Source of the DNA: Chrysomallon squamiferum
Lineage: Eukaryota > Animalia > Mollusca
Length of the DNA: 64,000 bases
Direction of reading: 5' to 3'
NCBI GenBank assembly: GCA_012295275.1
Contig: CM022668.1
Coordinates: 9,424,001-9,488,000 of the forward strand
The position numbers and the translations under genes were made by a program. Of this stretch, positions 1 through 13,755 are shown piece by piece; positions within the stretch are counted from its first letter, which is position 1; each line of letters begins with the position of its first letter. The notes beneath the pieces were generated by a model that was given only the letters and a program-made list of their open reading frames with translations, did not search any database and had not been told where the DNA came from.

Positions 1-189
1 ATGTTTAAAAATGAACTTTATAAATCCAGTACCTTATTTCAAGTGATGAATTACAGGCAACAGATTATTGCATTGTGCTACAGATGTATTTAGCGTGTTT
101 TTTTTTTTTAAACCAATAATAATAATAATAAAAAACACAAGAAATGTGATTTTTCTAGATTATTCTGTTAAAAATACTGACTGAAGAAT

Positions 190-226
<37 letters not shown>

Positions 227-1657
227 CAACAATAATGATAAACTCAAGAGATGAGGTAATCTAGACTATGCAATGAAAGAAACTGATTCAAAGATGTGAG
301 TCTGGGACTTGAGAAAACAGGCTGCCAAACAAGTGAAGGTAAAAATGAAAGGGAGTGTATGGTGTGCCTCTTTTCCCGTATACATCAAACATGATTAGAA
401 AATGTATTCAAAATACATTTTAGAATTTGGCAAATCCCAAACAAAGAGATGATATCTGTGTGTCTTAAATTTATCAGTAATACTTGTAACACACACATAA
501 ATTATTATCTACAATTAAACATGAATCAACCCATACATTGATATTCATTCTATTATTACTAGAAAAATAAATAATAATAAAAAATAAGTAAAACCATATA
601 ATAATAATAATAATAATAGAAATTTTTAAAAAACAATTATAAAATAAGAAAAGGCAGAAAAAATAAGACATTATAAAGGCATATATACATTTCCAAAACT
701 TGTTACATCAATAAAACCAGTTATCTTTTCATCACTATCACCATAGTAACATGTTTCAATAGCATCTATATTACAGATTAATCAACAATCAAAAATACTA
801 TGCACAAAAATTAAATAATCAAAAAAAGAGACACAAACATGAATAAACCTTTCTTATTTTAATATTTTCTACTGAAACAAATTAATTCTTTCATCTGTTA
901 GTCTTCAAATAATAATAATATCCGTAAAACAACAGTTTAATTCTTTTTTTTTATTTTATTAAATTATTTAATAAATAATAATTTATTTAAAAGTAAAAAA
1001 GATAAACAAAAAAATATATCTTTTTCAAAAATGATTGTTAGTATTATTACCAAAGTTGGATAAATAAAATAAAATGTTCTTAAAAATATGATTCATATAT
1101 CAACCAGTTAGAAAAATGTTTAAGAATGTTATCTTCATGTATTCTTTCCAAAGTTTTAGAAATTTTATTTAAAATTTGTGATGTTCTGTAAAGTTACATG
1201 AATTTGAGACATCTACTGATTTTTATTCTGTTTAAAATTAGTTTACTTTGAAGTTAAGTGATGTACATTTTTTTTAATTCAACTAGTTGTAATTTTACAG
1301 AAATATCCAATATTAATTAGAGGGAAACTGAATAGTTTATTGTTTACTTGTTCTTATAGGTAAACTAAACAATCTGTATTTTGCTCAGTATATTCAAATA
1401 CATACAACCGAACAAAACCCAGTCTGAACATTCACTGACTGTTCCTTTGGTATGAAGCATATTGTACAGACATGTTGAAAAAAAACACCACAACTCTTGA
1501 ATTATTTATTATTTTTTTAAATCTTAGAGTAATCATTATGTAAAAATTTTAACATAAAAATTTTCATTATGCTGTGAGAATTTTCGTTATACTTATCAAT
1601 TTGTAAATAACATGATTTAATGAGCAAAAATAAGCATTAAACTAATATTAAAATAAC

Positions 1658-1692
<35 letters not shown>

Positions 1693-2254
1693 GGGATTTC
1701 TAAAAAATTCTTATTGGGATTTCCATCTTAAATGCCATTTTAAAAAATTTTAACAAAACGATTACAGTAAAATTGTTAGGAAATATTTAAAAAAGAAGAT
1801 AAAAAAAAAAAAAAAAAAAAAAATTTGAAAAATTAAGAAAAGCAAAGAAGCATTTTAATCAGTCTGCCAAAAAATATCATTTCAACTATTTCTTAGACAA
1901 CTTCATTGAATATGTATTATAATTATTTTCTATCAAATTCAGTATCTATTTCTTACATACGTATAAATCACATTTCCTAATATTACAAACAAAACAAAAA
2001 TGGGAAAATAAAAAAATCACAAATTATAATCATACTTATCAATTCCCAGTTCCAGACCAAAAAATTAAAAAATAACTTAATAAACAAACAGATAAATGAA
2101 AAAACAACTAAAAAAAAATAAAAACCACAAACAATAATATTAATAAACTAAAAAAAAAAAAAAAAAAAAAAAAAATGTTTTTAAAATTAAGCAACACCCA
2201 CTACCTCGGGAATCAAAACGGAAATACATATTAATACAGTTATTTACAAAATGT

Positions 2255-2291
<37 letters not shown>

Positions 2292-2327
2292 AGATTATCA
2301 TTTTCTGTTTTACAGTAACAACTGTTC

Positions 2328-2601
2328 TCACACTTTGCTCTCTGCCTCGCCTGACGGGGAGTTCAAGCGGGATGCGTCACTGGGTGGGTCTACGACGATC
2401 TCAGGAGCTTTTATCAAAGACTCCTTCTCCTCCTTCTCTTCATCGTCGATATAAAACCGGACTGGCTGTCCTCTCTTCTTGGGTGACTTGAGGTGCTCTT
2501 CCTGGTCCTCGTTGTCTGAAGCACCTTCGTGTGGACTGGCTGGAATCGTTGGCATTTGAGTGTTGCTGTCATTCTTTGCTTTCTTCTTCTTGTTCTTCCT
2601 A
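2328..2601 (-). CDS. SLC4 last coding exon (..[18 protein letters not shown]...AESKV*)
   Basis: Acceptor tttccAG at 2603-2602, phase 2 fits the previous exon. TGA at 2330-2328. Confidence 0.85.
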
Positions 2602-4055
2602 CTGGAAATGAAATGAAAAAAGTTTTAATTAATATCTCTTGATAATCACTTTTACTCTACCATTTTCTTTTATACACAGTTTTATATAATACAATTGTTG
2701 AGACATAAACAATTATGATGCCATTTTGCTACTGACTGTTGTTTTGTAATAGGGCAGGAAATTTTACATTTATAACACTATAATCAAGGAAGGATGTATC
2801 AATAATGATGAAATGAAAAAGGAAACCCAATGCTGCTGTAACATGGGTTACTCTTACTTGTTAGCATAGCAAGATATATTTTACTTTCTCATAAACAGGA
2901 ACAAACATATCAAATAAACATGTAAACAAAAAATTGTTTTGGTTTATGAGAACAGTAATCAATAAATTGTTCTGTTTAAGAAACAACCAGTTAACTGGTG
3001 ATTTTTACAGCAAAGAAACAACAAACTACTCATTTTATCTTTGAGAAGAACAACTAAACAAGAAATTGTTCTTTCCATGAGAACAAGGAAACAACAAACC
3101 ATTCAGCTTGTATTCAATAACAACAAGTGAGTAACAAATTGATCTGTTTACCTTCGAGCATTAGATCTCTGTTCCTCACTGATCAGGTTTGAAGATGAGT
3201 CGTTGGCAATGATTGTCTTCCACATCCCTGTCTTCGCCATCTCCTCTGAGATGTTCACCATGTCAGGGTTGGAGTCAACGTGGATGGGGACAGCAACAAC
3301 CTGAACACGGGTTGGATCAGACAGAATACCTTCCTCCTCCTGTTGATAACAAATAAGTGATGCTTACAACATACCCCAGCATTGAACATGTATCAGTTAT
3401 TAGGTGCTAAAGAATCAAGAAATAATTAACTAAGCAAGCAACTAAGTAAGGAAGTAAATAATTGAATAAATAAATAAGTAAGTAAAGAAAGAACCAAACA
3501 AATTTAAATAAGTTAAAACAGTAAGTAAATTAAACAAGTAAGCCAACAATGGTGATTATTGTGAAATGGTAACATAAATAACAATATTAAACCATAGCAA
3601 ACATTAACCATTAAACCCCCAAAAAAAACCTAGACCACTCCCTCCCAAAAAACCAAACACAAAACAACCTAACAAACAGTTTTATAATAATAATAATAAT
3701 AAAGAAAAAAAAACTGACACTCAAAAAATATAAACACACACACACACACACACCATAGATAGATATGAATGAATTCACAAGACAGATATAGTGACAAGGA
3801 CACACAATTGAGACAAATACAAATGACTAGTAGTTGACTACGCTGTATCTAAGTGAGCAGTGGGTGTAGGTGATTACCTCCATGTCCTTCTCTTCATCCT
3901 CCTTGGCACGTTTGTGAGATTCTGGCATTATGTCATCCAGCCATTTCAGTTCTCTCTGTGTGAAAATTCGCTCCATAAACTTCCTTATAAAACACATAGC
4001 CAGTACCTACTCACACAAATAAATACAAAAAATAATTTATTAATAAATATATACA

Positions 4056-4116
<61 letters not shown>

Positions 4117-4415
4117 TACATACAAATCAAATAAATAAACAAATAAACAAATAAATAATTATGCAAATATATATTTTGAAATAATTTTATATCGACAATG
4201 AACAGAAGGAAGAGAAAGAAATATTTTTAAATATGTAATTGCAGTCTTAACCAAAATGTCTTTATAAAACACGCAGACACTATATATTCTGCCCAACAAA
4301 AATATTCTTATAAAACCATTGACTAGTACTAATCAAAGTGTTTTAAAGATACCACCATTTTAGTAAACAACTGTTTGGTTACCTATATAAAAAAAAATTA
4401 AAAACATTTAACAAA

Positions 4416-4454
<39 letters not shown>

Positions 4455-7400
4455 AAAAGAAATTTTAGAAAAAGAAGGTAAAAAAGACAACTTACCATGA
4501 GAGGGAAGGATATGGATATTTTCTTCACAGTCTTGACAATCCACAGGATAATGAGACACAGGAGCTGTATGCCTGTGAAGAGATGGACTTTCTTAGTGCG
4601 CACATGGCGAAGGTACATCAGGTCTGGCTGGTACTTGCGAGGCATCAGCACAATCAGTATGCGGTCCACCAACTGCAGCCCGTTCAGAGAGGACACACCC
4701 ATATACAGAAACACACCATACAACACAGGCATTGGAATGAACTGAAATACAGAACAAGTCACAGAAATATTATACACCATACAACACAGGCACAGAAACA
4801 CACCATACAACACTGGCATTGGAATGAACTGAAATACAAAACAAGTCATAGAAATATTATACACCATACAACACAGGCAAAGAAATATTATACACCATAC
4901 AACACAGGCATTGGAATGAACTGAAATACAAAGCAAGGCAAAGAAATATTATATACCATACAACACTGGCATTGGAATGAACTGAAATACAAAACAAGTC
5001 ACAGAAATATTATATACCATACAACACAGGCATTGGAATGAACTGAAATACAAAACAAGTCACAGAAATATTATACACCATACAACACAGGCACAGAAAC
5101 ACACCATACAACACAGTATTTGGAATGAACTGAAATACAAAGCAAGTCACAGAAATATTATACACCATACAACACAGGCATTGGAATGAACTGAAATACA
5201 AAGCAAGTCACAGAAATATTATACACCATACAACACAGGCATTGGAATGAACTGAAATACAAAGCAAGTCACAGAAATATTATACACCATACAACACAGG
5301 CATTGGAATGAACTGAAATACAAAGCAAGTCACAGAAATATTATACACCATACAACACAGGCACAGAAACACACCATACAACACAGGCATTGGAATGAAC
5401 TGAAATACAAAACAAGGCATAGAAGTATTATACACCATACAACACAGGCACAGAAACACACCATACAACACAGGCATTGGAATGAACTGAAATACAAAAC
5501 AAGTCATAGAAGTATTATACACCATACAACACAGGCACAGAAACACACCATACAACACAGGCATTGGAATGAACTGAAATACAAAGCAAGTCACAGAAAT
5601 ATTATACACCATACAACACAGGCACAGAAACACACCATACAACACATGCATTGGAATGAACTGAAATACAAAGCAAGTCACAGAAGTATTATACACCATA
5701 CAACACAGGCACAGAAACACACCATACAACACAGGCATTGGAATGAACTGAAATACAAAGCAAGTCACAGAAATATTATACACCATACAACACAGGCATT
5801 GGAATGAACTGAAATACAAAGCAAGTCACAGAAATATTATACACCATACAACACAGGCATTGGAATGAACTGAAATACAAAGCAAGGCAAAGAAATATTA
5901 TACACCATACAACACAGGCATTGGAATGAACTGAAATACAAAACAAGGCAAAGAAATATTATACACCATACAACACAGGCATTGGAATGAACTGAAATAC
6001 AAAGCAAGTCACAGAAATATTATACACCATACAACACAGGCATTGGAATGAACTGAAATACAAAGCAAGTCACAGAAATATTATACACCATACAACACAG
6101 GCACAGAAACACACCATACAACACATGCATTGGAATGAACTGAAATACAAAGCAAGTCACAGAAATATTATACACCATACAACACAGGCACAGAAACACA
6201 CCATACAACACAGGCATTGGAATGAACTGAAATACAAAGCAAGTCACAGAAATATTATACACCATACAACACAGGCATTGGAATGAACTGAAATACAAAG
6301 CAAGTCACAGAAATATTATACACCATACAACACAGGCATTGGAATGAACTGAAATACAAAACAAGGCAAAGAAATATTATACACCATACAACACAGGCAT
6401 TGGAATGAACTGAAATACAAAACAAGGCAAAGAAATATTATACACCATACAACACACATTGGATTGAATGAACTGAAATACAAAGCAAGTCACAGAAATA
6501 TTATACACCAACAACACAGGCATTGGAATGAACTGAAATACAAAGCAAGGCAAAGAAATATTATACACCATACAACACAGGCATTGGAATGAACTGAAAT
6601 ACAAAACAAGTCACAGAAATATTATACACCATACAACACACGCATTGGAATGAACTGAAATACAAAGCAAGTCACAGAAATATTATACACCATACAACAC
6701 AGGCATTGGAATGAACTGAAATACAAAGCAAGGCAAAGAAATATTATACAGAATATAATATCAAAGGGATCTCATGACAATGTAATGCTAGGTTTAGGAA
6801 TATAACACAGGATGTATCAATATACTGATAATACAAAAACTAAGCATAGAAATGTACTGAAAATATAACAGTGCTAATGAATAAACTGGAGTTAAAAAAA
6901 AAGAAAAAAAACAAGAAACTAAGCATAGAAATGTATTGAAAATATTACATAGTGCTTATGAATATACTGAAAATAAACAAAAAAGTAGGCAAGGAAATAT
7001 ACTGAAAATACACAAAAAAGTAGGCAAGGAAATATACTGAAAATACACAAAAAAGTAGGCAAGGAAATATACTGAAAATGAAACATGGGACATAGAAATA
7101 TACTGAAAATACATTAGGCATACAATCATTGAGAAAATATAACACAGGACATATGACTATATTGAAAATACAATACTAGGCAGAGGAATATATTGAAAAT
7201 AAAACACTAGGTACAGGAATGTGTTGAAAATGTAACTTAGGGCATATGAATATACTAAAAGTGCAACACTAGGAATGCTGAAAATGTATGTACTGCAAGT
7301 ACAACAAAATACAAGACTGGCCATATGATTATACTGAAAGTCTCACACAGGACATATTAACATACTGAAAATACAACACTAGGCAGAGGAATGTACTGAA

Positions 7401-8707
7401 AATGTAACACCACATATAGGAGTGTACTGAAAAAGTAACACCACATATAGGAGTGTACTGAAAATTTAACACCACATAGAGGAGTGTACTGAAAAAGTAA
7501 CACCACATATAGGAGTGTACTGAAAATGTAACACCACATATAGGAGTGTACTGAAAATTAACACCACATATAGGTGTACTGAAAAAGTAACACCACATAT
7601 AGGAATGTACTGAAAATGTAAAACAGGATATGTCAATATACTGAAGATACAATACTAGATATAAGAATATACAACATTTTTATCACAAACACAAATAATT
7701 TTCTGTAACTGAAAAATTTTTGATTCTTGAATGCAAGAGTTTAGCTAGAATTTTGACAGCTATCTATCTAAAGAAAAAGAGAATGAGACAGAAATAGAGA
7801 GAGATAGATGCAGACAGACAGACATAGATAACATAGGAGAGGATGGTGTACATATTTGAAAATTAACACAAACCTTCAACACAGCTGTCAAGACGATGGA
7901 AACTCCAATAAACAGGAAAATACAGATTCCAGTCACACGCTGTTCTCTGTAAAATAAAATAAAAATAAATAAAAAAAAATAAAATAAAATAAAACAAATA
8001 AAAATACAAATGAAACTAAAATAAACATAAATAGATGAAAGTAAACTAAACCACATATACACAAGCTTTCTCTTAAGCTTAACTGCATCCATATTCTCTC
8101 TGAATAGAACAGTTAGTAATTTTTCATAACCAAAAACACACAGAATTAAATTTTTAAAAAACAAAAAACAACAACAACTGAAAACACATGACAATAATGC
8201 AGAAGATACTTTCACAGCAAGAGATAATGATTCAGATGAACAACAGTCAACGTTTACACACTGAGGACATTTCGTTTTCACTGCACATGGGGACAGAACA
8301 CAGAAACACAGCTTGAACTTGGAACTGAATTTCTCTCAAATTTAGCCTCCAGACTGAGACAACCCTGTGAGCTGTCTGAAGTAAAAGACATCACTGCTGT
8401 AGTAGTAACTGTGGAACGCACCTGACCCCGAGGAACTTTGGACGCTCCCCTGGCGCTGAGCACTGCGACTCTTTTCTCAAGCTGTTGACGTGGTTGATGG
8501 AGAGGACAGTGGCTGCAACAAACCAGGGCAAACCCAGAAACGAGTTGATGATCATCAGAATAGCAATAAGAAACAGATCCAAGTGATAGCCGTGTCCTTT
8601 CTGAAAAAAAAACAAAAAAAAAACATTTTTTAAAGTATTAGCTGTAATGTTGTTGAGTTAAAAAAACAAAAACAAAAACAATGAATGAATGAATAAAAAA
8701 AAAATAC

Positions 8708-8738
<31 letters not shown>

Positions 8739-8777
8739 AAAAAAATAAAAATTTTATAAAATAAAAAAAATAAAAAA

Positions 8778-8811
<34 letters not shown>

Positions 8812-8863
8812 AATAAAATTAAAAATTATATAAAATAAAAAAATTAAAAATATAAATAAATAA

Positions 8864-8896
<33 letters not shown>

Positions 8897-8897
8897 A

Positions 8898-8934
<37 letters not shown>

Positions 8935-10428
8935 AAAATAAATAAATAAATAAATAAAATAAAAATAACCTAAAATGTCTTATTACATTAAATAAAAAAA
9001 AGTTTATCATAACTTTTATTCCATATTCGTACTATATGACTAATAATCAAAACAAAACTAAATTCTGGAAAACGTCTAGATTTCACATAAAACTACCACA
9101 TCTGAAAAACGCAGACATTTATTACTACTTTAAGTCTTATTTTTAAATTAGGTCGCTATGGTAACCCACCACAAGCTTGTTCTCCTTTCTGTTGATAATG
9201 ACAGCTGTAATTTGCTGATCCATGAAGATCAGAATAGTGAGCAACATTGATGGGATCACTGCAGCAAGAATCCACCACCAGGAGTTCCTACCCACTGGGT
9301 TCACAAACCAGCCTCGATCTGGAATGGTTGGCTGTTAAAGTAAACAAATAAACATGTAAGTAAGTAAATAAATAAATATTGAAATAAATACTGAAGTATG
9401 TAAATAAATAAGAGAATAGATAATTAAATACATGAAATAGTTAAAATAAAAATATAAATTCACAATAAACTTTTTTTAAAATAAAAATTAAGAAATACAA
9501 AAAAAAAATTAAATTTTAAAATATATATATATATAACACAAATTAAAATGATATGTAAAACAAACAGAATACATGAATTCAGTTTCAACCTTATTTTGTT
9601 TTTTTCATGATTTTTAAAATATTTTTGCAATATCAAAAACATTAAAAGAATTTTTTTTTTTTTTATTAATTTACAAAGAATGAAAAATAAATATCATCAG
9701 TTAATATGTTATATGGATAGAACCTGGAACAGACAAAATTCTATTTATTTTTATTACTTTTAAACAAAACATTTTTTCTATTCTTTATTCCCTCGTGAAT
9801 TATCCCAAAATAATTTAATTAATTATTTTTAATAATGAAATAAAAAAACAATTTAATTAAAAGTTATTAATAAAAATTAAACTGAACAATAATAAAAGTA
9901 TTAATTTGGGGGTTTCAAATAAAAAAGTATGTAATATAACCATTAAAAGAATAAAATAAAAACAATGTAATAACCATGGAAATGGAAAGAAAAAACAACT
10001 TTAAAAAAATTTCTTAATAAAATTTTTCCAAAACAATGTAATAAGTATAATGAAATAAAAAAAAACAATGTAATAAAAAGTGTTAATAAAATAAAAAAAC
10101 AATGTAATAAAAAGTATTAATAAAATAAAAACAATGTTAATAAAAAGTGATAATAAAATAAAAAAATGAAATAAAAAAACAATGTAATAAAATGTCTGTA
10201 TAAAATAAAAAACAATGTAATAAGATAATGAAATAAAATAAAACCAATGTAATATAAAGTAAATAAAATAAAAACACTGTCATAATAAGCATTAACAGAA
10301 TGAAAACAATATTAATAAAATGATAGCTATATTAATAATTACAACTGAACAATACAAAATGTCTGTATAAACTGTCACAACCACCATTAGTAACATAGAT
10401 TTAACATCAGTAATGTGATAACAAGAAC

Positions 10429-10475
<47 letters not shown>

Positions 10476-13400
10476 GAATAATAATTTAATACTGATGATG
10501 ATGATAATTGTAACAATATTAAATAACACAGAATATTAATAACAGTACCATTGTAGGAAAGAATGAAGCGTTGCGAGCAGACTTGAGTACGATGGAAAGC
10601 GTGAAGGTGCCGATGAAGAGGAGAACACTGAGAAGAAACACGTCTGGAACATATTTGACAGTGTGACAGCCAGGACCATACAGCTCTCCTCCGACACCGA
10701 CACAGTCGTCAGTCGACACCTGATTCCAGTCAGTGACGTTAGTCTGTGTCGTGTAGCTCGTCATCGGCTTCAGCGTGCTCGACATGCCACTGAAGCTGGT
10801 GTTGTAGCTGCTGTCGGTCATGTTCGGTGGACCACAGTAGCACTCGTAGTTGAGTTCGCCGTGCGGGTGCAGTCGCAGTGGTGCTTTGTCGAGGATGTGA
10901 ATGAGCTTGACGAAAGCCTCATAGATGAAGATGAGGGAGATGAGGGCGGCAAAGCTCTCCTCGGTGAAACGAGTGATGAAGCGAACGAGGGCACTGAGGT
11001 CGAATGCAACAATGATGAGGAGAAACACTGCTGTCCATATCCCAATCCAGAGCCGCAGTTGTAGGTAGTACAGATCATTGTCACTGGAGACGGTAAAATG
11101 TGATTAAAACAAACCAGTACAAAACATGAACAGAACATTTACATTGTGTTTAATGTGAAAAAATATTGTTTTCATCTGTACTTGAACAATTTTAATTTTG
11201 TTTATGAGAACGAAAAGGAGCCCAACAGAAATAGTAATAGTATTAATAGTATTAATAGTAGTATCAATACTGATAGTAGTAGTAATAATAATAATAGCAG
11301 CTGCTGTGATAACAACAATGATAGTAACAGCAACAGAAATGGTATAGTAGTATTGGTAATATTAAACAAATTAACACTCACACGCAAAACGTGTGTAATA
11401 TCTTCTCAAACACCAGAACTGGACCTGTACTTCCCAGAATGGTCAGTGGTTGTCCAGCAAACAGTGAATAGGTCACTCCGCAGATAGCACCGGACAAAAT
11501 ACTCTCCATAGCTGCCTGCACACATAAAAACAGACTTATTTGTTAAAAACAGACTTTTCATGTTCTTAATAACATACTAATTATTCATCTGCAGTATGCA
11601 GTCTCTATGTTCAAACCATCCATCTCTCACAATACACCTCCTCTCTCACACATTCATTCACTCTGTCTTCCCATTTCTCTCTCTCTGTGTCCCTTACACA
11701 CAGACACACCCTTCATTCCTCCTCCCTCCCATCCAACCAACCCCTCATCTCTTTCCCCCAGTAACGGGGTAGTGTCTCTTACCATGTTGTTGTGCGTAGC
11801 GTCTCCGAGCAGACCTCCGAATGTTATGATGGGGGTGAGGCAAGCGAAGTAGAGGAAAACAAACGAGGCGATACACTGGACGTGAAGTGCGTCCTTGAAA
11901 TCACTCAACCAGAATGGCAACTTACGGCGAACGTCATCGCGCAAACCTCCAAAAATTCTGCAATGAAAATTTGAAAATAACCTAAGTATACAAACCCTTC
12001 CTCTTAAAAATTGCAAAAAAAAAAAAAATATCTGAAATGTTGTAAGCCCAGAAGACAGAATGAAAGAAATAGCGAGAAAGAGAGAGACAGAAGAGAGAGA
12101 GAGTAAGGAGAGAGATCATCAGACAGAAAGAAGATTAAAAACATCTACAGACAATGATCAAACCTGGTACGTACAGACAGACAGACAATCGTTTCTACCC
12201 TCTGACAGATGTTTACTCACTTACAGGTGATTCTGTGCACTGACAGACATACCTATGTACAGACAGATGTACTCTCACCTTCCTGTTCTCTTTAATGTTG
12301 GATCTGAGTGTTCGTCAACCTCTTCCTCTATGAGTACTTTTCCATTAGGTAAGGGAGGCTTTGAAGATTTCGTTTTGCGACTTTCCTACAAGGTTAAAGT
12401 AGGTACATAAACAAATTTGGGGCCTGGGTGGGCAGGAGGGGTGGCAAGTCTAATACTACTCAAAGAAACCTTTAGTGTTGTTTGTTTTCATTATTATTTT
12501 TATTATTATCATCAGTTTATTATAAATGTTGTTGTTCTTCTTATTATTATTATATTATTATTATTTATACTGCAGTGCTGTAATTTTGATACTACTTTCA
12601 TTATCAGTGATATTATATAATATTTTAATAACATAAACATATATTCTTGTTTTATTTCTCATTTTGAAAAACCAATCCCATTGTTTTATATTAATATTCG
12701 AGTCTGGTTAGGGATTTAAAAATATTTTCACAATATTAATACCTATGAAAAAAATATATATATATTTTTTCATATAAAAAACTGCAGGAAAGTGTTGGTT
12801 CTTGATAGTTTTATGAACAAAAATTTCTACTGTTACTGATTTTTTTTTTGTGTTCTGTTCTTTTTATTAATTAAATCTGACTAATCAAAATACAGACTGA
12901 AAGTAAATTATTATTATTTCTTGGATTTAAACTGATTTTTATTACATTTTAAAATTTTTGCTTATTTTTATTTTATTTTATTTTGTTTTCTAATTTTTAC
13001 TGGATATTCATCATTTTATAAATCTGTTTTTAGACATGTATTATTTAACTGTTATTTTGTGGGGCACAACATCAATAATCTGAACAAACAACAGTGTTTT
13101 ATAATGACATGAAATATTTAAAAAAATAAAAATCTTGTAACTGCAAACAACACAGTGAGTTTTATTTTAACATACAGCAGACAACTAACTGGGCAAAATA
13201 TATATATTTAGAATAAGTTACAAGTCTTATGAATCCTTGATCCAGAATCTCCATTAAAATAGTTACCAAAAACAAGTTTATTATTTATTATGTCATAAAC
13301 ATTTACTGTTAACTGTAAGTGGGCATATTCAAAACACTGAGAGTTTATAATGCTGTTATAAACAATAAAATAGCAAATTTTCAATTCAAGTAGTCACACA

Positions 13401-13715
13401 TACTCAAGCACTCACAAACAAAAAAAAGTGAATAAAATAAAATGAAATGAAATAAATAAAATAAAACTAACAAATAAGGAAATAAATAAAAATAAAATAA
13501 ATAAATAAATGGAAGAAATAAACAAAACAGAATTAAATAAAGGAATAAAGAAACAAAGAAGCAAAGAAAGAGACAAAGAAAGAAAAAAGAAACAAAACAA
13601 ATAAAGACAGAAAATAAACAAATTAAATTTAAAAAAAAAAAAAAATAAAACCACAAATACTTTATTAATGTTTATGTACACACATTACACACCTCCACGC
13701 TATATGTTCTACTAA

Positions 13716-13755
<40 letters not shown>

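Noticed and set aside
1-2327. Poly(A) site of the SLC4 3'UTR
   Set aside because: Many AATAAA-like motifs in AT-rich DNA, none distinguishable.
4705-6750. CRISPR-like array, or separate genes from the ORFs at 5010-6604
   Set aside because: There are no unique spacers and no cas genes, and the context is a eukaryotic intron. The ORFs are translations of the repeat units.
10663-11138. ORFs 10663..11064(+) and 10818..11138(-)
   Set aside because: Antisense and alternative-frame shadows of the GC-rich SLC4 exon.
13381-13681. Hydrophobic F/L/I-rich ORFs (also 474, 11202, 48613, 62614 and others)
   Set aside because: Products of A-rich or (AAT)n low-complexity DNA.
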